This document shows, one piece after another, positions 11,761 to 20,286 of a DNA stretch of 20,286 bases; the first letter of the stretch is position 1, and every line of letters starts with the position of its first letter. The notes below the pieces were generated by a model. It saw nothing but the letters and a program-made list of their open reading frames with translations, did not search any database and was not told the DNA's origin. Where the stretch lies: the NCBI GenBank assembly GCA_004022145.1, contig RCNU01000044.1; one strand, given 5' to 3'. Origin of the DNA: Paecilomyces variotii. Taxonomy: Eukaryota. The position numbers and the translations under genes are program-made.

Positions 11761-13030
11761 GCTAGCTCTATATTATTAATATCTTATATCTCTAATAGTA
11801 AGACTAGTCTTAATATTAGGTAAATCCCCTTAATTTATTCTATTATTATTATATTAATATAGTTTATATTTATACTACTATTAATTAATACTATTAATAA
11901 TATAATACTCTCCTTAGCTAATAGTGCCGTAATTAAAATAAATACTTTAATCCTCTTAAATATTAGTATATAAGATAATAATGCTTAAATTTATATAATA
12001 CTTGCATTATTTGCTAATATTATAATAGTATTTTATTTAAGCTTATTTTAAGAGGAATAGGCCTTTAGAATTAATTCTTCCTCTAATTTTTTATATCTGT
12101 AGCTTCTGCTAATTAAAAAGCCTTTAAATATTATTTTTTCTAATAGCTCTTTTCTCTATATCTTAAATAAAGGCTCTTATTATATTATCTCTTCTACTCC
12201 TTATTAAGTAAATTATATCTTTTATTACTATAAGAGATCTATAATAGTCTTTTATAATCTTATTCTTACCCCTTATTATTTATTACTATTTCCTTATTTA
12301 GTAACTAGCTTTATATATTAAAGAATTTACTTAAACTAAAGTAATTATAATAGCCTTAAGGCGATTATTCTATATAGTATTTTCCTTCTTATATATAGAG
12401 TTCTGCTTATTAGGCCGCTTATTTCTATTTTATATATAAGGCCGGAGAATAAGTAAAATACCTTTAATATATCTTATAAATAATATATAGCATTAGCTTA
12501 TAGCTAAATATATTACTTAATACTATATTATTTTAATCTAAGTCTACTATAATAGTTTTAAATTTATTAATAATATAGTAAGAAGAACTAGTATAAAGAA
12601 TATAATTAGTTAAGAGATTATATGCTTTTATTTAAAGTTTTTAAAAAGTCTATAAGTAAAGCAGGAAAGGAAGAAGGATAGTAAGAAGATAATACCTTTT
12701 AATTATTTAAAATAAAATAATTAGCTTTTTTTTTATTATTATTTAGTATTAGTTTAGTATTAGATTATTATTGATTTACTATATTAGTCTATAGCTAGAG
12801 CTTCTTCTTTAACTCTATTCTAAGCTCTAAAGCTAAATACCTTTTTTTTTTTCTTAATATTTATTTGCTTAAAAACTCTATATTAAGTTTTAATATATCT
12901 TCTTATAATAAATTAGAGCTAAATATAAGGAGTATTAAAATATTAAATAAAAATAAGAGAGAAAGGAAAATTAGAAGCTAAGGTTAAAGCTAAAATTAAG
13001 AAAAGGGGTAAAAAGTAGTAAAAAAATAAA
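11761..13030 (-). pseudogene. gag: Chromovirus gag and protease N-half relic
   Basis: Aspartic protease active site VLINSSININYIN (ALIDSG..NYID) near 11855-11895. Gag-like NKFKTIIVDLD*NNIVLSNIF (EF......L.WND.AL...F) at ~12510-12575. The protease frame rejoins across the MITE. Confidence 0.8.
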
Positions 13031-13399
13031 TAAAATAGCTAAAAAAAATTACTATTATAAATAAAAAGAGATAAATATATTTTTTAAATTAGTAGAGATA
13101 GTAAATATAATATAGGATAAAAATATATATTAATAATAAGAGAAAAAAAAGATTACTAAATATAAAGAAAAGCTTAATAAATATAAAAAGAAAGCAGAAA
13201 TTTAGAAAAAATAAAAAATTATTAAATAAGAATTATTTATTAAAAAATAGAAGAATTTCTTATTATTATCTTTATTACTATTTTTTTAAAAAAATATAAA
13301 GAAAAGCACTAATCTTTTTAGCGCTAGTTAAAATAAAAGGACTCTTAGCTCTTTAGTATTACTAGATTTAAAGATATAAATAGCTTAAGTATTTAAAAA

Positions 13400-15600
13400 T
13401 GCAGGATTATTAATAATATAGTTAATTTAAATTATATTAGCTCTATAGATATTAATACCTAGAAATCTTAGGGTATTATATTTTAAAGGGGATAATATTA
13501 TTTATTATTTAAGGCTTTTTAAAAGGCTATATAAGGCGAATTAACTCTTAAAAGAGGAAAAAACTAAATAATTTATAAACTATTATAGCCTATTAGTATT
13601 ATTATAAATAAATATTTAATTTAAATATAAAGAGAAGAATTACCTAAAATTAGCAGAAGTAATTAAATAAGAATATACTTATTATAATAAATACTAAAGG
13701 AAATATAATATCTAATAGCTAAAAAGATTTAAAAATATAAAATATAATAGCTTTAAGGACCTAAAAAAATATAATTAAGAATATTAAGCTATATTAGAAG
13801 CGCTGGTAACTTTAAATAAGTTAAGCTAATATTTATAGAAAGTTTAATATTTTTAAAAACTTTTAAAAAAGCTTAAGCAATAAATAGTTTAAGAATTAAA
13901 TATAGACTATTATACTCTATTTACTATTAAATATATTAATTTCTATAAAAAAATAGTAGATAGAATAAGAATAATTAAAACTCTTTATTATCTTAATAAT
14001 AGTAAACTAAAGAAAGATTAAAATATAATAGTTTTAATAAAGGAGAAGATAACTAAAAAAAATAATATATAATTTTTTATTAAACCTAATAAAATTTATC
14101 TAGATAAGAATAAAAATAAGGCTAAATAATAGAGTACTAAAGTAAAGTTAATAAAGCAGTTATAGATTAATTAATAAAAGAGTTTAAGAAGTTAAAACTA
14201 TATAGTATATAATATATAAGGAGGCCTAATAATAATATACTTAATATTAGTATAAATATATAAGCTAAAGTACCTTTAAGATTTAACTTAACTAGAGGAT
14301 TTAAAATATCTCTAAACTTATATAACTTCTACTAGGCTTTTAATTATATTTAATTTTATTATTTAAATTTAAAAAGCCTCCTAAATTAGAAGCTTATCTA
14401 TTAAAAAGAAAACTATAAACTTTACTTTAAGCTAGAAAGATAGAATAGAGAAGTTATTTATTTTATATAGGGGAATATATTATAAAAAGAAATTATTAAA
14501 TAAAGACTAAAGAAAGAGTAAAGGAATATTAGCTTAATTAGGTATAATATCTAGTTAATTATGCTAGGATAATCTGGGAATAACTTAAGCTCTAAGAAAG
14601 AAGCTAGGGATATTATAGAAAATTACTATTCTATTAATATAATAAGATTAAATAAGCCTTAAGAAATAAAAAAAAGGTAAAATAAGATTAAATAATTATA
14701 TAAAAAAAATTACAAAAAGTAATTAAATAGGAATAGAGATTTCTTTTAATTAAGATAAATTAATTTAATAATTATTAGCCTCTAAGTATAACTAAGAAAG
14801 TAAAGATAATTAAAGAAGAAATAAAGAATATACCTAAATAAAATAAGAATAAAAAGATTATTAAAATAAAAGAGAAATAAAAGTTAAAGAGGTTTAAAGT
14901 TATAGATAAGCTAAAAGGGACTATTAATATAATAGGGGTTATAAACTAGATATTAGATATTAGAGTTTAAATATTAATTTAAGATCTTATTAATCTATCT
15001 CTTAATTTATATAAGGCCTTATTTACTTTATAATTATAATAAATAATAATAAAGGTAATATTTTATAATACTAAAGGAGTACAGTTTAATGCCTTTATAT
15101 TAAATATAGAGTATAGTAAATAGTGCAGATTAGTATACTTATATATTCTTATAATTTAAGCCTCTTAATAAAGATAAGATATTATATATAGCTATAACTC
15201 TAAAATTGCTAATTAAAATTAATAATTATAAGGAGGTATAAAATATTATAATAGATAGTAGAGCTAAAATTAATATAATATATAGAGATATAGTAAATTA
15301 CTATAAATTTATTATAAGCTAAAAATTTAAAGATAATATAATATTAGTAAATAGTAAGTAAACCTCTTTTATAGATCTCTATAAAAAGATACCTATATAG
15401 ATAAAATCTTTCTATTATAAGGTCTCTTTTTTTATAGTAAATAATAAGATTAACTATAATTATATTCTAGGATAGCCTTTTAAGTATTAAATATATTTAT
15501 AGTATATTGCTTTATTAAATAGGATAATAAAGAGTATAATTTACTTTATAAACTAAAAGAATTAAGCTATTATTTAGGTATTTTTAATAAATAACCTAAG
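13400..15600 (+). pseudogene. gag: gag-protease relic of the plus-strand Gypsy element
   Basis: PRNLRVLYFKGDNIIYYLRLFKRLYKAN (PG.PG...F.G.NIT.YL..FE.LC) at ~13457-13540. Protease IDSRAKINII (IDSGAEIN; DSG at 15254-15262) and NYNYILG*PF near 15450-15480. Confidence 0.75.
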
Positions 15601-15899
15601 AAATAAGTTAAGAAAAGAAGTATTACACAATCTATTATTCTAGATATAAGAATTATTAAACTAGAGTTAAAAAAGAATAATAAATATTAGACTAAAAATA
15701 GAGAAGGCCTATAAAAGCTATACTTAATAAATAATATTAGTTTTAGAGTGAGTAAGGAAATTAAAAGTAAAGAAATAAAGATATTTAAACTTATTAAATT
15801 AAATAAAGGAGTTAAAATATTATAGAGGTATAAATTATCTAAAAGATATAATCTTTTTATTATAAAAATAAAATATTTTATTAATATATAATATAAGAA

Positions 15900-18800
15900 G
15901 AAATATAAAAAGGTTTATTTAGTAAATATATTAAATAGACCTATAATAGCTCTAGAGAGGTTATTAAAATAAAAAGAAATTATTAGAGAGTATTATTACA
16001 AGAACCCCTAAAAAAATATAAAAGAAATATATAAAGGATTTATTAAATATATCTAGCTAAAAATATTAAATATTAAGAGAGAAATAAGATTAATACTAGA
16101 CTATCTGAAGAATCTTATTATAAGTAATAATTTATAGCTAAAAAAGAAAAAACTATTAATAGAGGTATTTTTCGCTTAAAAAGCAGTCCTTACCTAGATT
16201 TTTAAAGAGATTAAATAAATATACCTAAAAATTATATCTTCAATTATTATTTAGACTATAGATTACAAATTATAATAGGTAAAAAGCTTCTTAATATTAA
16301 AGGTATTTTATAATATAATATAAAGAATAGTAAAAGAGAGAATAAATATAAAGATCCTTAAATATAGTTAAAGACCTTACTAAAATCTATAGTTCTTAGT
16401 AAAAAAGAAAAATAGCAAATATTAGCTAATTAATATAGTTATAGAAGTTAATTAAGTAATAATATAAAATACTAATCTACTTCTTTTAGCTAATAAATTT
16501 TTAAAAGAGTTTAGTAAAATATTAGTATTAATACTTATAGACTTATTCTCTAGATATAATTAATTAAAGTTAGCTAAGGAATTATAAGACTTAATAGCTT
16601 TCTATATATTAAAGATTAGTTTAATTTATTAAGCTAGACTATTTTAAGAATAGATAAATATAATATAAAAGTTTATATAAGAAATTATAAAAATATTAGC
16701 AGATAATATTCTTAATATCTGTAATATATTTTTAGATAATATACTAATATAAGGACTTAAGATTAATTATAGGAGAGAAGAGACGCTGCTAAGAATTAGA
16801 AGGTTTATATTTAAATATATCTAGAATATTAATAAGATATTATATAGTCTTAAATTTATAAGTTTAATAATTATTAGGGAGAAATTATAATTTATAATAC
16901 TAGGAATTAAAATAGTAAGCTATATATATAATATTAAAGAGAAATATCCTAAGTTAGCTAAAGTAATTAAAATCTTAAAATAGCTATTTTATTAGAACTT
17001 ATAGAAAGTAAGAGGATTTTTAGGGATTATAGCCTATTATTAAATATAGATTAAAGAATATATTATTAAAGCTAAGCTAATATATTTAATATTAAAAAAG
17101 AGATAAGATTTCTTTTAAAGGCTAAAATAATAAGAAGTAATAAATATTTTAAAAATAGCCCTAATAATAGTATTAGCACTTAAGCTAATTAATTATAGAG
17201 AGGGAAATATAATTATTATTAATATTAATACTAATAGTAATAAATAAAAGGCTTAACTTACTTAAGAAAAAAAGGAGTTTAATAAGAGATACTTAGCTAG
17301 ATATAAAAGTAAAATATAGATATAGGCAAAGAGGTAATATAATAGAGAAAAGCTAGAGTATAGGGCAATATTAAAGATGCTTTATAAATTCTAAGTATAT
17401 TTATATAGTATATATTTTTAACTAAAGATAGATATAAAAACTTTAATAATATAATTAAATAGAATAGCTATAGACCTCTCTAGGTTAATAATTACTTAAT
17501 AGATTATTTAAATTTAGCTATTTAACTTTAATATTATCTATATATTAAGGAAAAAAAATTTAGTTATAGATAGGTTATTTTAAAAGCTAATAATAGAGCA
17601 AGATCTAGAAGAGGCAAAAAATAATAATATAAAGGAATTCTTAGACCTATAGTTTTATACAGTTTATTATACTAATATATAAGAGGTAAAATTAAATAAT
17701 ATCCCTTAATTAATACCTATATTATATTAGTTAAAAAAGTCTTTACTAATTATAGAATAGTTATAAACTATAATAAAACTAGATAATATAGATAGAGGAT
17801 AATATACTAAGTTTAAAAAAGAGGCCCTAAAATATATAATATAAGATAGTATGCTTTTTTAGAGAGTATAATAAAATTAGCCTTACTATATAATTATTAA
17901 TAATAAGAAAAAAATAAAAAGAAATTTTTATAGCCCTTTATAAAGAGTATAGATATTATAAATATAAAGTAATTTATTAAAAGATAGCTGATTAATATTA
18001 GTAAAAAGGCTTATATAAGTATATTACTAGATAAATAAAGATATATAATAAATATTAAAAAGCAGATAAAGAATATATAAAAGAAGCTTTATAATTAATA
18101 TTTATTTTACTAAAGAGATTAAAGCTATATCTAGATATTTATAAGATTATACTGCCTAATAAGAGAAAGATTTATATTACTATATTTTAGGATAATTTTA
18201 GCTAAGTTAAATATAAAGCCCTTAATAATCTTATTTTAAGAGCTATTACTAAGTTTTTATAAGAAGATTAAATTTATTATTAAGGAATAATAGAAACTCT
18301 TATTAATAATAAAGAATTAGAGAATAAAGCTATAATTAATATATTAGTATAGAAGTATAAGATTAATTATATTAAAGTCTTACTATATAACCTATAAGTA
18401 AATAAAGTAATTAAAGTTATATATAAGTCCTTTATATATAATATTAGAAAACTTATAAAAAGAATAGGGGTAAAAATAAATAAACTATTTATTAGCAGTA
18501 ATTTAAGCAAATAGAAATATAGTTAAGATCTCTATAGGCTTAATACTATTTAAAATAATTATAGGATATAATACTATACTACTAATTAAATTAGAAATAT
18601 CTATTTAGAAGATTTTAATATAGGATAAGATTAAGACTATAAAAGATCTTTTATTCCTTTATATATAATAAATAGAGCTCTAAGATTAAGATATAGAAGA
18701 GGCCTAACTTTATATTTAATATATAAGAGAAGCTAATAAAAAAGTCTTTAATAATAAGAAATAGTTTTATAAAAAACAATTAATAGAAGAATAGCTTATT

Positions 18801-18985
18801 CTGCTTTATAATATAAAGCTTAAGATATCTTATTTTATAAAATTAGTATATTACTAGCTTAAATTATATAAGATTAAAGAAGTCTTTAAGAAAAGATTTT
18901 ATAAGCTTAAGGAATTAAATAATATACTTTTTAGGGACCTAATTTATAAAAATTATTTAAAAGGCTATTATTTATAAGAAGATTA
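15900..18985 (+). pseudogene. pol: pol relic (RT, RNase H, integrase) of the plus-strand Gypsy element
   Basis: RT: IDLFSRYN* (IDLFSGYDQ, ~16537) and FLDN (FLDD, 16729-16740). RNase H: NINTNSNK*KA (TDASG.GWGA-like, ~17221) and ARYKSKI* (ARYESG.W). Integrase: INNKELENK (VDGG.ENK, ~18302), VLLYNL*VNKVIK (SPYNPQANG.IE, ~18377) and *LKLYKIKEV (WLGPY, ~18855). Confidence 0.92.
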
Positions 18986-19290
18986 AAATAAAATATTAAC
19001 TATAAGTAATAATATAATATCTAAGTAAGAAAATTAATAATTAAGTAATAATAATAATAATACAGACTAAATATTATTTAGATTAAAATATATAGTTATT
19101 ATTTTAATATTCTCCTTTTAAAAATATTAGCTTAAAAGGAGGAAAGTAAAAAACTAGTAATAAAGTAAGTTTAATATTAAGTAAGAAATTAGTTTAAAAA
19201 GAGAAGAAATAAAAGGATAATAATAAAATAAGTACTAATATTATAATAAAAAGAAAAGGAAGATAAACTTAAGATAAGGGTGTTTTTTTT

Positions 19291-19305
19291 AGAGAAGAGG
19301 AAGAA
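19291..19305 (+). promoter_or_regulatory. Candidate PPT of the plus-strand element; the 3' LTR probably starts at about 19306-19308
   Basis: Purine run agagaagaggaagaa after a T-run, ~300 bp downstream of the integrase end. No second LTR copy to confirm it. Confidence 0.5.
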
Positions 19306-20286
19306 TTTAAAGATACCTAATAATAATTAAAAAAGAAAAAAAAGAGAGATAACTAAAAAAATATATAATATTAGCTTAAATATCTTAAAAAGGTCTATAA
19401 ATAAAGCTAAAAATAGAAAATATTAGATAAAGAATATAAGCAATAAATAAAGAATTCTTATCTTATTATAAAAACCTTATTTTTTATATTATATAATATT
19501 ATAATAAAAATAATTAGAGACTAAATTAAGCTAAACTTAATCCTATTTTACCTTTTAAATATATTTTTTTACTTAAAAACTATTTTAAAAAATTATTTTA
19601 TAAAGATATATATTAAAAATAGAAAAAAATATACTAAAAATATAAAATATTATTTATTAGGATAAAGCTCTTTAACTTAGAATATATATATATACTACAG
19701 TTAGCAAAATTTATAAGCTTATAAAAAAGATAATAAGTAAGGCTAATAATAAAGAAAAAAAGATTTAGTTTATAAATAATATAGCAGTAATTATTTTAAA
19801 TTTTTAAAGCAGGCATAATAAAGCAGCTAATAATTTTTATAATTTTTTAAACTAATAAAAGCTATTAAAAGAAATAAGAAAGAAAAAAGTATTAGCTATT
19901 AATAAGCTAAAAGAATTAAAAATATAAATAGAAAAGAATTATAAATATACTAATAAAGATTACTATAAAGCTATAGAGAAATAAAATTAAAAGATTATAG
20001 ATTAAGTCTTATTAATTATTAGATAATTATATTAAATCTTAATAACTATAAAAAGATTAATATCTAATACTAGAGATTAGAGAATAGCAGCTATATATCT
20101 AATAAAATATAAGTTAATAGACTTTATAATATTAAGAGATAAAAAATATTAATTAAAAAGAGTCTTTAACTAATTAATATTAGAAAAATAAAAGATATTT
20201 TAAGAAAAGCCCTTAGTAAAAAAGGATTAATTTTTTAAAAGCCTATTAATAAAAAGCTATAAGAGGTTAAAATAAGAATAAAAAAA

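Larger units (their letters stand above)
1..13030 (-). mobile_element. RIP-degenerated Ty3/Gypsy chromovirus LTR retrotransposon, interrupted by a TIR element (907-7753) and a MITE (11266-11760); 5' LTR not visible
   Basis: Minus-strand domain order gag, PR, RT, RNase H, IN, chromodomain is readable after RIP reversal. PPT-like GAGGGGGAT at 147-139. Flanks of both insertions rejoin through TSDs. The right boundary is approximate, and the link of 1-906 to this element is inferred. Confidence 0.85.
13400..19305 (+). mobile_element. Second RIP-degenerated Ty3/Gypsy LTR retrotransposon (different family, no chromodomain seen); 5' LTR not identified
   Basis: Plus-strand order gag, PR, RT, RNase H, IN, followed by a purine tract at 19291-19305. 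Confidence 0.9.

Noticed and set aside
13120-13290. 5' LTR matching 19310-19500
   Set aside because: Only short A-rich words are shared, and I could not establish a colinear alignment by eye.
1-20286. Organelle, AT-rich endosymbiont or alternative-genetic-code (TAA/TAG=Gln) DNA
   Set aside because: Stops replace both Gln and Trp, and conserved D/G/P residues are systematically changed to N/S/L. This fits C>T/G>A hypermutation rather than recoding.

Overview
This window is not genic. It is an extremely AT-rich block of nested, decayed transposons carrying the signature of fungal Repeat-Induced Point mutation (RIP): CpA/TpG are almost absent, TpA is ubiquitous, and conserved TE motifs are readable only after reversing C>T/G>A changes. 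The source is probably a filamentous ascomycete (inference). Architecture: (1) a minus-strand Ty3/Gypsy chromovirus (gag-PR-RT-RNase H-integrase-chromodomain, PPT, start of 3' LTR) spanning about 1-13030; (2) inserted in its 3' region, a ~6.85-kb DNA element (907-7753) with ~59-bp imperfect TIRs, a 10-11-bp target-site duplication, two apparently divergent decayed ORFs and a 147-bp (49-codon) tandem array, in which I recognise no transposase; (3) a 495-bp hAT-type MITE (11266-11760, 8-bp TSD) splitting the chromovirus protease; (4) a second, different plus-strand Ty3/Gypsy element (~13400-19305) head-to-head with the first. There is no intact gene. The single 70-aa ORF lies inside the MITE and is probably spurious. 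All 'de-RIP' translations are manual reconstructions and are inference.
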